Notes: generated from the sequence alone by a model not told the origin. DNA of 64,000 nt from Styela clava (GCF_964204865.1 NC_135259.1:3038001-3102000), one strand, 5' to 3'. Numbered from the stretch's first letter, positions 13,320 through 28,578 are shown. Translations and numbers: made by a program.

Positions 13320-13710
13320 CTCTTAGCAACTAAGAGGAAATGCTGTTCTGCTAATCACGTGAAACAACAACCAATGTGCTCAATACTGATGCCTCGTATT
13401 TCGACTGAAATGGGAGAACCTTGTGGGGATTTGCAATTTGCATTGATGGTACCCCTAAAATGCCTGTCAAATCGAGGTTGTTTGCCACACTTCGCCAGAA
13501 TACGGATTCTGATCATGAAACTTTGCTGTTTCACACGGCTCTTAAATAGTTGTAGAAAACGATAGCTCGTGTTTACGAGATGGGTGCGGAGGTAAAGCTA
13601 TTCCTCAGGGAAAACAGGATATTCTGTTGCCATTCTCGTCGGAGAGTTTTCAACTGGTGTTGGCATACCTCGTTGACATTTTTGGAGCTCTAAATCATAT
13701 CAAGAATACA
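13320..13710 (+). mobile_element. Decayed hAT (Buster/Charlie, ZBED8/FAM200-like) transposase fragment
   Basis: Broken frames give EEMLFC..ETTT, KWENLVGI..IDGTPKM, DSDHETLLFHT, ARVYEM..EVKLFL and LAYLVDIFGALN. Confidence 0.8.
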
Positions 13711-13959
13711 AGAGCCCGTAGACAAACGCAGACCAAAGAGTTTAAGAACCCTTGATTTTAGACAATAAGTTGCAACAGATTTTACAAAAACTGCAATCAG
13801 ACGATGAACGCTTGTGTAAGTGAACAGCCGAAGAAGAGGAAGATCGAACTGGGAGCCGTTCAACATCGTTGTCAAAAAAATCACGCGAAGGAGAAAATTC
13901 AAGATGACAAAGTTTACCAAGCGAAAGCCGTTGAATTTGCAAAGAAAAACCAACGATAA

Positions 13960-16900
13960 CCTGAATGAAATTTCACAGCAGAGAAAAAGCAAAAATTTTG
14001 AATAAAATTTATATCGTCAACTAAAACCAGAACTGAAAGGAAATTAACTGGACACAAATAAACTATCCGGCCTAATGTCAGTAGAGGAATTTATGAAAAA
14101 AATGGATTTTAATGGGCAGGAAATTATACCAAAAAAATTAACTCAAATGTATATTGCTGACGATTTCCTTCTCTAAATGGCGTAACTTTAAAAACTATAT
14201 CGATTTTAACACGCAATCCATATACGAACAACAAAACGCATTGACTTTATCTATGAATGCGTGCAGTTGTTGCAGCACAATTGAATGTTGCTGTTAAATG
14301 AAAACTATAAACAATGCATATGAAAACAATTATCAACGGCAATCAAATATATAATCTCCGTATGTTACTTACCCAATTGAACCACGATTTCTTTTTTCTT
14401 ATGTCAAAAATGCGTTAGGCGTAGAGGATATTAAAAAAATTCCAACTGCTTACGATAGAGAAAAGTCCATCATGAACGCCATTTCAAAACAAACTTATCT
14501 GACAAAAATTTTCTGTTTAATCAATTTATACGCGATGTCGAAGGGCGTCGCTGAGCGAACTGAAGAACGAGCGGACGGCACTGCCTTGATTCTATATAAA
14601 ATAATGGAAAATTTTGAATATCATTTTGATCGTGCATAAATGAGAATGGGCACCATCGACTAAAGCCAGGACTGAAAAGAAATAAACTATCCGGCCGGAT
14701 GTCAGTAGAAAAATTTATGAAAAAAGTAAACAGGAAAATGTAGTTCAGGGAGCAGGAAATTATACCAAAAAGATCAACTCGAATGTATATTGCTGAAGAC
14801 TGCCAATCTGTAAATAGAGTAACGTTCAAAAGTATATCGAGGACATTTATCACGGAAGCCATATACGGACAACAAAACGCATTGACTTTATCTATGAATG
14901 CGTGCAGTTGTTCCAGCACAACTGAATGTTGCTGTTAAATGAAAACTATAAACAAAACAGAAAGAATCGAAGAGAGAGACTTTCACTATCAGAACTAAAA
15001 AAGACAACGAGGTAAGACAGAAAAATATGGAAGAAAAGTCAGACAAAAATATCACAGTTACTATGTTACACCGGCTCCTATTTCTTTGGGTATTCATGCG
15101 AAGAAACATATATCAATTTTTCACACTGAACGGTCGCCAAATTCAAATGTATAAATATTGCATTCTACTCTAATGAATGAGTATTCATATCTAGATGCAA
15201 ATGGCCCAAAGTGTAAGGATAAATAGGTTCTTAAACTAAAAGAATTCTGGATTACTGCGGACAACTGGGAACAGAAACTAGTGGCCCTGCAAAGCGAATA
15301 TTGACGGGACAGCTCTCGAGAAACATTCAAATCTCGAGAGTGGATTGATGACAGATGAAATAATATAGCTTTGGAGCAAACTATAATGACCTGCATAGCA
15401 AGTTTTACTCGTGCCTACTATTCTGCTAAGTTCATAACGAGAAGCGAGGCAATAAACCTCGAAATTTTAATTTTTGTGCTAAACAAGTCGCAATTGCAAA
15501 ATTGCTCGAAAAGAAACTATTGCTGATTGACTCACTATTAGTTTAAAAAAAAACCGGAAGTTTGTTCAATTATTGTATATCGGTTATTGTATCTGCATAT
15601 GTCGCTGCCGATAACAAAGTAATGGTACAGATTGCGGTGTTTACGTGATTGTTGGACTCCAGTCATACATCCAGTCAAAATTAGCTATCTAAATATCACA
15701 CGCATTCTCAGATAATAAAGATGCAGTACAAGTAACAAGTATGTCTGTCTGGGCATTGGTTCAAATAATGTAAATAGAACAATCCTTGCTAAACGCCAAA
15801 AATCTTCAAAACACAATTCAAAAAGTCCGACTCCCGGCGTAGTTTTAATGACATGTCAAAATCATGGTTTGCTATTATATAGACTACCAAGGTCATTCAT
15901 CGGGTTATGAAGACTCAGCCAATGTTAACAGTAAAAATCTCTATAAGTTGTTTTTCCGCCGGAAATCGAACTAAACAATGACACAAAGACACACTATGTC
16001 TAAATAAAATTAAATAAAAAAAAATTGCCCACTGGTACAATGGCAATAGATCGACCAAGGGACGAAAACGGGTAGAAAACGTTGCTTACAGGAAAACATG
16101 ACAAAAATACTGTAAATATAACACAATTGTTATTATACGATACAACATTTGAAATGGAAAACAATGAATGATTATAATGTTTCATATTGGTTATGAAGAA
16201 AACAAAATTTGGTATGTTATTAACTCAATTATAGTTTAATTTATAATTACAGTTATAGTTATCACAGTTTGCTCTTTCCTCATGTCAAAAATGCGTGGAG
16301 AATGTTGAAAGAATTCCAATTGCTTTCAATAGAGAAAAGTCCATCATGAAAGCCATTTCAAAACAAACTTATATGACAAAAATTGTTCGTTTTAATCAAA
16401 TTCTACGTGATGTCGAAAGGCGCCGCTAAGCGAATTGAAAAACGAGCGGACGACATTGCCTTGATTCTATATAAAATAAAGAAAATTGTTGAATGTAATT
16501 TTGATCGTGCAAAAATGGGAATAGGCACCATCAACTAAATAAAACCAGGACTGAAAATAAATAAACTGGACCTACCTAAATAAACTATCCGGCCCGAGTC
16601 AGTAGAGAAATTTAAAAAAAAATTAGACAGGAAAAATGGAATTCATGGAGCAAGAAATTATTCCAAATAGATCAATTCAAATGTATATTGCTGAAGATTG
16701 CCAATCTGTAGTTCAAAAGTATATTGGAATCCATATAACGGACAACAAAACGCATTGGTTTTCCAACACAACTGATTGTTGACTGTTAAATGAAAACGAT
16801 AAACAAAACAGAAACAATCGAAGAAAGACTTTCACTATCTGAACAAAAACAAGACGGGGTAAAGCAGGAAAATATGGAAGAAAAGTCAGACAAAAAGATC

Positions 16901-17700
16901 ACAGTTACTATGTTACACCAGCTCCTAATTCTTTTGGTATTCCTGCGAAGAAACATATATCAATTTTTGACACTGAACTGTCGCCTTGTTCAAGTGTATA
17001 AATATTGAATTCTACTGTAATAAATGATTATTCATATCTAGATGCAAATGGCCCAGAGTGTGAGGATAAACAGGCCCATAAACTAAAGGAAGTCTACTGA
17101 GGACAGAGACTTGTGACTCTGCAAAGCAAAAATTGACTGAACAGCTCTCGAGAAACATTCAAATCTGGAGAGTGGATTGATGACAGAGAAATTAATTTAG
17201 CTATGGAGAAAATTATAATCGACCTGCATCTTGTCGAGCAAGATTTACTCGTGCCAAATACTATGCTTATCTGGGCCGATGGGGATATGGGTGACTGGGT
17301 GTATTGGCTGAGTTCATTACGAAAAGCGAGGCAATAAAGCTCGACATTTTTATTTTTGTGCTCAACAAGTTGCAACTATTCGCAATTGCAAAATTGCTCG
17401 GAAAGAAACTATTGCTTATTGCCTCATTATTAGTATTGAACAGTTTCAAAAGAAAAACAGAAAGTTTGTTCAATTTTTGTCTATCGGTGATTGGATCTGT
17501 ATAGCCGCTGCTGATATACTATGGATAAATATAGAAATAATGGGAAACTGTGATATAGAGTCGTCCCCGCAACAAAGTAATGGTACAGATTGCAATGTTT
17601 ATTTGATTGTTGGAATACAGTGCATACAGAATGCAAGTTTTTTTGTTGCTGTCAAATGACGTCTGTCCAAGATGGTGCGACTACTTATATCTAAAAACGA
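13960..17700 (+). pseudogene. Three tandem decayed units (about 13960-14330 partial, 14390-15780, 16270-17700) with Ulp1/SENP-like C48 protease remnants, probably transposon-borne
   Basis: Units align to one another. Translations include TFKSGEWIDDREINLAM (about 17155-17205), PQQSNGTDCNVY (about 17567-17602) and QSNGTDCGVY (about 15615-15645). There are many stops and frameshifts. Confidence 0.7.
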
Positions 17701-19198
17701 TCAGCGAACACTGCAAAACCTTAATGCGGAAAATTAAACATAACTGCGACGACTAAAATATTGAATAAAAAAATAATGAACAGCCATAAGGAACTCAAAT
17801 GAGACTGTAAACATTGTAGGCTACTGCAGACCAAACCGAGTCATTTGCCGAGCGGAATGTGTTTAGGCGACGTTGCTAGCGAATTTTCCTCCTTGTGAAC
17901 CATGTGTTTGCAGTTGGCATGAATTAATGTATAAACAATTGATTTATGAAAACATATTACAGCAAGACCTGGTAAGTTAAAACGGATAATAAAATAATTC
18001 ACGTCTTCGAGAAGAGAAAAGCACAAGTTGATGCTTTACAATTCACAAATAGTTTTTGCAAAAGCACGAGTAATACAAATATATATTTTATACCTACTTG
18101 TGGCTGTATATATCGATATTAACATTTCATGAAAAAAAAACAGAGAGTGAAGCTGTTTGTTTCATACAAAATTTGACTTGCTACAATAGTAGGGAAACAG
18201 CATGTAAAAGGAAAAGATAAAAATTATTTAAAAAAAATATATGACAACCCCCATGGCGAAAACCTAGAAATCAGTCACTTGCTAAATTTGACACCTCTCC
18301 ACCAGTCAAAATCTTTTTTTTTTTTACCAAAAAGGAGCAAATTCAATCATACAAAATGTATATATTTGGTTTTTCTTTTTGCGGGCTTTTAAAATTCTAG
18401 CCCGCACAACTGGAGATGAAATTTATAATGTAACAGAAATGTTTTTCTAGTAAGAAGAGCTGGAACGGAAAACTGCACGAGCGTGTGGAAAGGAAAAAAT
18501 TGGACACAGGTCTATATTTTTTGGTACCACGATTCGTGTGAAAATGTAACAAAAGAGAAATACTGGGAATGCCAAATTTGTATTCAGTGAGTCCGTATAA
18601 AAAACTGTAAGTATTTCGTTCGTAATCTATTCTGATGCTCGTATGCGACATGAAGAAACGATACGCCCTCCAATTAACAGTATGAAAAGATACACTCTGC
18701 TTTTTCCTAACCATCTTCAATTTCAGAGCCGACCGCAGTACAATTTAACGTTCTTTAGCGAGAAAAAAAACACAGAGGTTAATATGAGCACACAATAGAT
18801 GGTGATGCCAAAGGTTCGTATATTGTGAAATTGCACAATCGAATTGATCCAAATAGATAACGAAAAAATAGATAAATAAAATAGATATTACACTTCAAAC
18901 CTTAAAGCAAGTATATATATATATGTGATGAAACCAAATTTCTGACTAACAGATAACGTTTAAACAAAGACGAGCAACACTTAAGCGAGGGTGAGAAATA
19001 CGACATCAACTATTTGGCATGAAACGTTGCACTGAAATACCATAAAGGAAATAAATTGGGGCAACGATCTCGTTTCAGGAAACACAAAGTCAAATTACGA
19101 ATATGTTGTAATCTAAATCCTCTTAGGGCTATATACTTATGGCCATTAAAATAATGACGGAGTTCCACAGAGCGATAAAGTTTATCGAGCCACTACAA

Positions 19199-20360
19199 CA
19201 GTGGTTCCCAAACTTTTTTGCGATATCAACAATCAAAGTTGATGACATACAAGTCATACATAGGCTTACCATAAATCTGAAACAAAAAAACGGGACGGTG
19301 CGATTTGGCAAACATTCGGTCGATTGCCAGTCTTTGTAATATTGAAACGTCTCCATGCCATTGCGGGTATATACGGCTGTAAATCTCTACTGATCATTGA
19401 ATTAGAAAAAAAAACACAAAAAACTAGTTTGTATTATTTATTTAGACCAAAAGTATTTGTTCATTAGTATTATCTTTTTCCAAAATTAAAATATTTTGTT
19501 GAAGTAAGTGAGCTGGCGAAGGCCACATTTCAAGTGAAGTTCGTACGCTGGAACATTTAGCATAGGACTATAAGGACTTCTTTTTTGAGAATTCGCGAAC
19601 TTATCAAGCTTTCAAACATTTCCGTAATCCTTTGCAAAGCAGGTAATAAAGAGAGAAACCGAGTGTTGCCATGCTGTAATAGCCGTTGATATTCAATATC
19701 AACGAAGTCGCAGAATGGTTTCGGCTCTGTTACTCGGACAGTGTAAATGTAAAAATATTTTTTTACATATTTATACAACTCCAAAGTTGGTGTTGCAGTT
19801 ATCCGCACAGAATCCAACAACTTTTCCCTGATGATTTTGATCGAGAACAGAGAGCAAGTATTCAGTAAACGTTTTGGCGGTTTCCCCGGGTAGAGATTTG
19901 AATTCTAATAGTTTTATCTTCACACCAACATCAGGTAAAAAATAACGAACCACAACTGGAACAAGCCCTATATGATATATCTTTTCTGTTTGAGGCATCG
20001 AGGGTTACTGATATAAAACTGGTTTAAAGTAAATCATCATTGGGTTCAGAGGAAAAAAGCGGAGCAATGCAATTAAAAATCACCGACTCTCATTTATTTC
20101 TGGGTAAACGTGCAAAATCAGCGAATTATCTTATCAGACAGTAAACATCAGAAATTCTAACTGTGTATATTTACAAGTTGATGCAAATTTAGGCTAAAAA
20201 AATTTTAAATCAATTTAGAGGTGCAGTCAAAACAGCAGTGTGATAGGCAAATGTCGACTGCCAACGACAAAGAATCATCCGAATTTGTTATCGCAAAGAA
20301 ATTGGTCAGTCGAGTCGTTTTGTGCTTCCTGCTTTGGATATGATAATAATAATCTTTATT
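19199..20360 (-). mobile_element. Decayed hAT-superfamily transposase relic
   Basis: Fragments PVVVRYF..VKIKLLEF, VGFCADNCNTNFG and LLQHGNTRFLSLLPALQRI. A CAGTGGTTCCCAAAC terminus lies at 19199. Confidence 0.7.
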
Positions 20361-23300
20361 TTGATTTCCCCAAAAAAACATACACATAACAAATAATGAA
20401 CACATAAAACAAACACACAGAATAATGGGAAATCGGGAAAACAGGCAAAACCTCGAGTAGGGTTTAAAACACGTATAAATACATGTGCCTGTTCACCCAT
20501 GATATTACACTCACAAACATATTACAAAAAAAAAGATAAAAACACGAACGTGTTATCGTTCCAACGTTCGGGCGTCTAACTTGTGTTACAAACAAAATGC
20601 GGGTGCGTAGGTTCTAATTTAAAACTGTTTACGTCGAAACGGACATGATTCGGGCTGTGTTTATTAAATTGGCGTAAACAAGTGCGAACTAGTGAGTTAG
20701 ATAAAAGCAGTGTCAGAATGAGTAATAAATAAATCGAAATGTCTTTTGGTTGATTTCCTCTTTGTAAATAAAATCCGACGTTGTGATGTGCTGTAGTGTG
20801 CTAGGTGCAATGTTTCATAGAAAATGCCTGTCCATCTCTTTTTCCTTAGTTCTTTGCGAAGCAAATATGTAAAATTGGAATCTTGGGTAGCCCGTACAGC
20901 AATTCCAAAGTAGTCTATTATTTCGTTATCCATCATTTAGAATGTTGATTGTTTCTAATTTTTGTATTCCATTTGTTTCCACTAACCAAGTTGTTATCTT
21001 CGGCGCTATTACTTTTTGTTTAGTTTTCAATTCTAGTATTTCACCTGTTTACCCTTCCATGCCTCTAGCTGAGACTTAAAACGAAGTCCACGACTAGATT
21101 CAATTCAATCATTCTGATTGGCAACGTCCTAATTTTTTCTCCATGTAATACGGGCATGTCCTCCAAATTATTTTGTGCACTAGATTTTCATGACCGTAAT
21201 TCATCTGATCGTTGACATATGAACGACCGTCATCACTAATAGAAAAACAGATCTGCAATGCGTACAGTGTACCTTTCCTCCTTCAGTTTGCTTCAGATAA
21301 GGAAAATCTTTCTTCAACTCATTGAAAAATGTGTACTTTCTTTATGGCATTTCGACAACTTAACGGTATTGCAATAACGCCAGAAAACGCATCAAAACAT
21401 ATACCAATTGTGAAATAACAATAGAGCAATTTCACTCTCTCTGAACAAGCGAAGTGTGTCGCAAAACAGTGGTAAATGGGCTGCCACCGTTAAAAACTTT
21501 GTATTAATATTGAATATATATGAATATGTTACCCTTGACAGCCGTGCTGACAAAACGGAACATTTGAGTTAACCGGCCGGGACGCTGGGACAGCTTGTCA
21601 AATCCGTGACTGTCCGGCTAAACCGGGACGTATGGTAAGCCTAGTCATACAGCATCTCATATCATCGTCAATCATGAACTTTCTCCGATATTTTGATTTG
21701 TATATGATTGCGTGTATTGAAAGAATGAGATATTCATGTTGGAGGCCAAACTGAAACTCCTCCGTTCAGGAACCATTGCCCCACAACGTTTGCGTGACTG
21801 GCTGTCGAGTGTCGACTACCGATATTATCCATAGTTTTTTTTTTAAACATCGGTATTTTGCAAATGTGTAATTTTTTTCTCCATAACTTGTATAATTTAT
21901 CCATAAATTAGTCGAAAAATGAAACTAGCCTAATGACGTTAAGATGCAAACACAACGGTAGCCTATGTTGATCCGAATGGCAAATCATTCTGACAATGTA
22001 TCGGTATTCTGCTTGAACGCAAATGCATAATACACGCTAGAACAAGCGATTAGGAAGAGGTAGCATACATGTGAATCAGTCAAAACTGGCACTGAATTCC
22101 CCGAACGTGATGGAATATTTACATAACACTTTCGTATTCCTAGTTGCTCATGTAGAAGCTTCACCACTTTGTCAGTGTCAAGTGCTTCTCCCGTTTACTC
22201 CAATATGCCAATCGTTGTTTACCGTTGACTGACTGCTGGATTGGGTGAGGCGCAATTCTTACCACTTCATGGCAGCTCCTGCCACGAACGAACCACGACA
22301 GCTCTTGCCATGGTTTTTTAACGCTATTCAGTAATCAGTATTAACGGTATAATCACAAATTAATGTACCAGATTTTAATTGATCATAAGTATAAGTTTAT
22401 TTCGACTCCATAATCAGCATAACAATACATTTGACAGATAAAAACAAATAAATAAAAACTGATTATGAAATCAGGCACATGCACCCACCAGCCACCCACA
22501 CATGCAACCACTGAGAAGTTATTTAAGTAAGAATAAAACGCGATAAATTTAGGGTATAATATACAGTGAACAAAAAAATAAATAAATAAATACTAGAAAA
22601 GAAAAAAAATTATTTGCCACACCATATTGATATTTTTGTAATGGTTGCCATTGCCAACTTGATCGATCTTCTAATCGTTAATTAAAATATAAAAGGAAGA
22701 TTCTATTGAAAACATATTGCCAAGCTGATTATAGTTGGAGTCAAGTGCCAAGTTGCCCAACCAAAGTTGCCAGAATTGAGTGCATGAAGAGGTGGGCGAG
22801 ACCATTTCATTCCCCAAATTAGAGCCTATTATTGCCAAATTATAGTCCAGATTGTAATAAGTAATTAAAGTTACCGGTAACAGTAAAATTACTATAATTA
22901 AGTAAAGTAGGATGTGGAAATAAATTGGTTACAAAGGGTGTAAGTGAGGTTTTTCATTCTTGGGTATTGATTTCAGACAAGGATATAGAAATAAGGTTGT
23001 TATTTCACAGGATATCGGAGTCTTTTTTTGATTTTTTCCTTATGTGTTTTACTTCATTTAATTACTTTGAAGTAACCTGAAAAACAAAAAATAAAACCGC
23101 GAGTAGATGTTTCAATGATTGGGTGAAGGGGAACGCTCTGAACTATTTATTACAGGCAAAAAATAATTGTTTAATAGACAATAAGTTTATTTCGTCGTGC
23201 AAGAAATCACAATACAAATTCAGTATTACAGTACATTTCAAATACAGTAACGGATTTCATCGCAATTGACAGGAAGTCGCGAAGGACCAGGAATGGTCAT

Positions 23301-24477
23301 CACAAGTCTGCGACACCAAGATTAAAAACGAGTCAATAATAAAAAATTGAAATAAGTGAAAGCAATATGCACAAAGAAAAGCTTATCCATTCATAAATTA
23401 ACCAACAAGGTTGATATGAATCATTATATATGATTTGGGAGAGAAAGTAAAAATAAAAGTCGGGGAAATTCAATTGATATACAGTAATTATAAAAATAAA
23501 TCACCATATCATTCAGCTGTGCTTTTGTACAATTGCAGCGATTAAATTTTTATATATTGTCATATGCAACATTAAATTGAGCGATCATTTTATTTGATGA
23601 GAAAAATTAAATTAAGCAACCTCTATGTACGAATTATAAGGCACAATTCATACTCATTCATACTTTAATTAAATGGGATGGCATGGGAAATGGCATCATG
23701 TGGAATTAGATCTACTTAAACCCTAACCCCAAATCCATCAAAACTGTATCCATAAGGAAAACGTTCCAACTTACCCAGTATTTGTCACCCTTAGGGACAG
23801 CCCTATTTTAACGGCCCACCTGCCGCGTTTACAACAGCAAAATTATACCTGCCATTTGTTTTCAATTTGCTGCCGCGGTAACGGCAGCTTGACATTGGTT
23901 TGTGACAGCTAAAAAGTCAGTCGCCATAGTGGGCGGGCGCGTACTTTTACGTTTTTTAACTTTATTTCAAGTTATGCTCGCCTTCCAGGTATCTCTGCAT
24001 TTTGTTTGTTTGTCCAGTTTTTGTGTTGTTTTGTTTTTATGTCAGAGTACCGAAATAAATGATTGATTGATTGATAGGTTTGGCCGTAGCGGCCATGATA
24101 CCGGTATGGAAATACCGCCATGGTTTTGCGGCAGCTGCAGACGCCAAAGAATACTGCACTTGGATTGGGTTGGCCCCCCTCTATTTTTACCCAACCAGTG
24201 TCGGAGTTTTCAAGGATCAGTGGAAATGAGGTCAAGGCGTAAAATGTTTTTCCTCTACGCAGCTAGTAGTCTAGTTCTAAAACCCTGTAGTCAAGATGAG
24301 TACCGGTAACTAAGCTAATACAGTGATATACAGCCTTTTCTGCCTTTGACTTTCAAAGTTTTCCTGATTCACTAGATTCAGTGAATATTGTTTTACCAAT
24401 TCCAGGTTGATAGAAATTGATCTATATCTAGCGTTAGATTTATAGCCATCTGTAAATCTACTAAAAGCAAATTCCGG

Positions 24478-26421
24478 ATGACGGACGAGAGAAGTCCATC
24501 AGGAAATTATATTGAAGGTGTGGGCGATGAAGTTGTAATTTTTTTATCTACTCTGTTGATGTTCATTTTGCCAATTTCAACATATCTTGTACGGTAAGCC
24601 ATTTTTATTCTCTCATCCCAGTGTTTCTCAATATGGATGAGTTTGTAAAGCTGTAGAGGATAGCTTCAAACCTTCAGTCCAATTATTGTAAATAGTAGAG
24701 GACAGCTGGATGCACTCATGAAGCTTGCCTACTACAATCATTTATGAATGCATGATTTAAATATATTAGGCTCAAAATATGATACTGCTAGATCCAGCAG
24801 ATGCTGATCATATCCATTTTATTGTGGTGGGTCTGGTGCATCAAAATTATTGAATTGTTTATAATAATAATATACCACCTATTTATAGCTGTATATTATT
24901 TGTGACATCCAGCATACAAATAGAATGATTGCATTGCTACTTATTTTTTTAGTAAATACAGGTCAGATTCTGACCACGAAATTCATCCGGAAAATCAAGA
25001 AAGAGTAAACACAACAAGAAGTCATCTCAATATTAATGAAAATGAGCAAGAAGATGATGCTTCGGTAAGAATGTCAATAAAACTTGTCATACTCCATTTA
25101 TTGCATGTATTATGTGCTAAACAGCTCATTTGAAAAATCCCATCTATCCTTTTTCATAATCCAGTAATCCGCTTAGGTGAAGAAAACCTATTGTAAATTT
25201 TTTCAATTTATTATATGGTTTACAGGATGGGGAAGGAGTTGATGATCGGAGAAGATTTTACAGTGATCAAAGATGTCCAATATGTTTGCAGGAAGCAAGA
25301 TTGCCTGTTGAAACAAATTGTGGACATCTATTCTGTGGTATGTGAATATAGCAGGGCATTTTATATGAATATTGTATTATCAAGGTCTCTCGAACAGCAA
25401 AGAATTATTTCCAAATGGTGCTGCTTGTGATGGCTATATGAAATTAGAAAGGAGACAAAATAAAAACAAAAAAATGGAATACCCGTAATAATTTCATAGC
25501 CGATGGTGTTTCAGTGTCCAACTGACCATATAACAGAGTAGTTCAGAAAAGTTAGATAAAAAATGCTTTGATTGGTTTACTATTTCTGTTAAGTTATTAG
25601 GAATTGAATTTCCCCGATTACCAGATGAGAGGTCGAGATTAACCGTCTTTCCTCTTTCCTGGGATAAATATGTAAATCCTATGACCTACTGTGGCAAAAA
25701 TATTCTGAATTTACCATTTTACAGCACACTGCATAATAACATACTGGAGATTTGGGAATTGGCTTGGAGCTGTCAATTGCCCTGTCTGTAGACAGCAAGT
25801 ATCGCTGCTGTTGAGAAATTTTCAGGCTGGGGAAAACCACTCGGAAGCAACTCGTGACGCTTTGACTAATATAAACGATTATAATAGAAGATTTTCTGGA
25901 CAGCCTAGGCCGGTAAGTATATGAAGTGAAAATATACAACTTCTAACGGATAGTGTTGATATCAAAAAACAATTTGAAATGAATTTAGCTCGTGTTCAGA
26001 AGTACTTTGCCATGCTTTTTATAGTTTATCGCTGCATAACGTTGTGCTGTGCTAGCTTATTTGGTTAACACACACGGGGTGACTATTCCATGGCTGTTCG
26101 GTTTTGCCATTACACTGCCTGCTGTTAACCATCCAATGAGTATTCGTTTCTTATTTACAGATTTTGGACTACATCAGAGATATTCCTGCATTAATGAGAC
26201 ATCTTTGGAGTGAATTTTTCTCTATGGGAGGACTTGTTTTTATGTTCAGAGTACGTATTGTACTTTGCGCCATTGCAATACTACTTTACCTTATTTCACC
26301 TCTTGATTTTTTGCCAGAGGCAGTTTTTGGAATAATTGGACTACTCGATGATGTTTTCGTCCTAATGCTAGTATTAATATATATGACCGTAATATATCGT
26401 AATGTTGTAGCAGCCCGGTGA
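24478..26421 (+). CDS. RNF170: E3 ubiquitin ligase RNF170, 262 aa. Exons: 24478-24593, 24953-25064, 25226-25337, 25725-25912, 26161-26421.
   Basis: IEGVGDEV plus a TM segment, IHPENQE, the C3HC4 [34 protein letters not shown], and the C-terminal [22 protein letters not shown]. All introns are GT-AG and phases are consistent. Confidence 0.96.
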
Positions 26422-27825
26422 AGTAAATTTCTATATTGCTCAAATGAGAAATTATTTGTGGATAATGTATTATCCTTTACTAGTCGCTATCAGATCAATA
26501 TGCATTATAGATATTACGGTATGTGGAACCGATGTGATTTTTCTATAAACACATTTTGAATATAATCAAGTCATACTTAAGGAAGGGCAATACAGAATTC
26601 TTGCGAGAGAGAGAGAGAGAGGTCATTGAATCTAATCCATACATTTCTATGATATAGATACCTATTTAAACTGCCATTATTAAAGGATTCTAGGTATTTC
26701 ACTCTTCTTTTTTTTTGATTTGTTCTTTAACTTTATTTACTTTTTAAAGATTATATAAAATATAGTTGAACTTTCAATGTTGTTATATGTTTTTCAGCAG
26801 TTACGAGTACACTACAGGCATTAGGGCTGGGAATTTCAGTGACAACATTCAAACTGTTAAAATTTAGAATTATTATTTCACAATGGTCCCAGAGCAAGTT
26901 TGCAGTTCTGGCCCACTGGGGAGGTAATAGATTCAGATGCAAAGATGAAGCCAGAATGGCGCAACAATATATGTGTGTACCTGCTACCAATCAGAGTATG
27001 TATGTATTCAGCATGGCGATAAATATTGTTAAGTTGAAGCGTTCGTCACTACTTCCCTGAAATGTTGATATAATACAGAATGCGCAATTGGTGGATAGAT
27101 GCTCTTGCAATGAAATAGTGAAAATTACATATAAACTTGTCATTGTCAGCAACACTTGTACTTCAATTATTTACATTTTCTCAGAATTAGTGATATCCTT
27201 TTGAATTGAACACCACAGGAGATAAATTTAACTAATCATTTTTGAAGAAATTGTACAGTATAAAGGTGATTAATATTACCAGAGATGTCAGTTACCAGTA
27301 AGAAAAAAATCGTAACCGTTGACCATTCACAGGCCTTAAAGCCATATATGCAAGTCTTTCATTTTTCAGGTCAGATGTCACTGAAACAGTCTGACCCTAC
27401 CCGTCAGCATGTCTACTACTGTACTATTAAATCAAAACACATTGAGAAACATAGATGTACTTTTATTATATATGATAAAATACACAAACACTGGATGTTT
27501 TCCTTAACAGTACGCAATTGCATTGTAATTGGCACACTCCAATTTTCCAAGATACAATAAATTGGTAGGTATTGTTACTAGACTAGTGGCACTCACTTTA
27601 AAATTCAACCAGCCCCTTTATGATCCCCATATTGTCCAAATTTTCTCAGTTTGTCAGAGCAACTCATCTTCTGGATATAACACATCTTCATGAGGGTTGC
27701 AAAACTAAGTGAATTGACTTCAAAGTTCAAAACACTTCATATAAAATATTATACAACACAGTAAATATATAAACGGTCTCCACAATATCGAGAGTAAAAT
27801 GTATGATCAAGACTGACAGAACCTT

Positions 27826-28045
27826 ATTTTACAGACCATAAGGCGCACTTTAAATCCCTTTTTGCTCAAAAATCGATTGTGCGCCTAATGTATGGATCAG
27901 GTAGTGCTTCATTGCCTGCCCTCAAAACCAGCTCCAGCATTGCTTCAAAAACGTTGAGTCTTATAGCCTGATGCGCCTCTTGTATGAATAAAGACCCAAT
28001 CTAAGCAATTAATTCAGTGTGCCCGAAGGTCCGTAAAATATGGTA
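27826..28045. mobile_element. Pogo/Tigger-like MITE
   Basis: Degenerate inverted ends CCTTATTTTACAGACCATAAGGCGCAC ... GTGCCCGAAGGTCCGTAAAATATGGTA. Confidence 0.55.
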
Positions 28046-28578
28046 ACCATGACTATTACAGAAAATTCATTATTGTATTGTTGTGAAGCTGCAAAAAAAA
28101 AGGGACTGAAACCTGACACCATCACCTGACGAGACTACTATTTTGGCTATCCCAGCATGTATTCATAAATTACAAATGCCATGCCTATAATACTGAACAG
28201 TAGTCATGCTGATGGGAACCATCGATTCATTTCAACAACATCAGCTAAACCATCCAATAGGACTGGCAAAGTAGTTTGGGAAAGGCAACAAACATACTAT
28301 ATTAAAGTACCGCGACACATCACAGGTAAAAAGAAAAAGGCCTCTCATAAAAGTACAGTCCATTCTAAACGATGAAAAAGGTAACAAAATACAAAAGATT
28401 ACCTTCTAACAGAAAATGACATGATTGAGATAAAAGAGCTTCAGGTATAAACAATCAAAAAAACAATGTCAACTGCAATTCAACAACTTTAAGATACTCT
28501 ACCACGTCCAACCCCTCGCAAATACAAAGTCTGATAAATTAGTGTAGTTGTAAAAAGTTTCTTTCCAGAAAAGATCAT

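Noticed and set aside
23719-23731. CCCTAACCC telomere-like motif
   Set aside because: Fewer than two units, so expected by chance.
26040-26140. tRNA-like or snoRNA-like segment in the last RNF170 intron
   Set aside because: Only an A-box-like stretch is visible. I could not build a cloverleaf or C/D or H/ACA boxes, so it is at most a SINE remnant.
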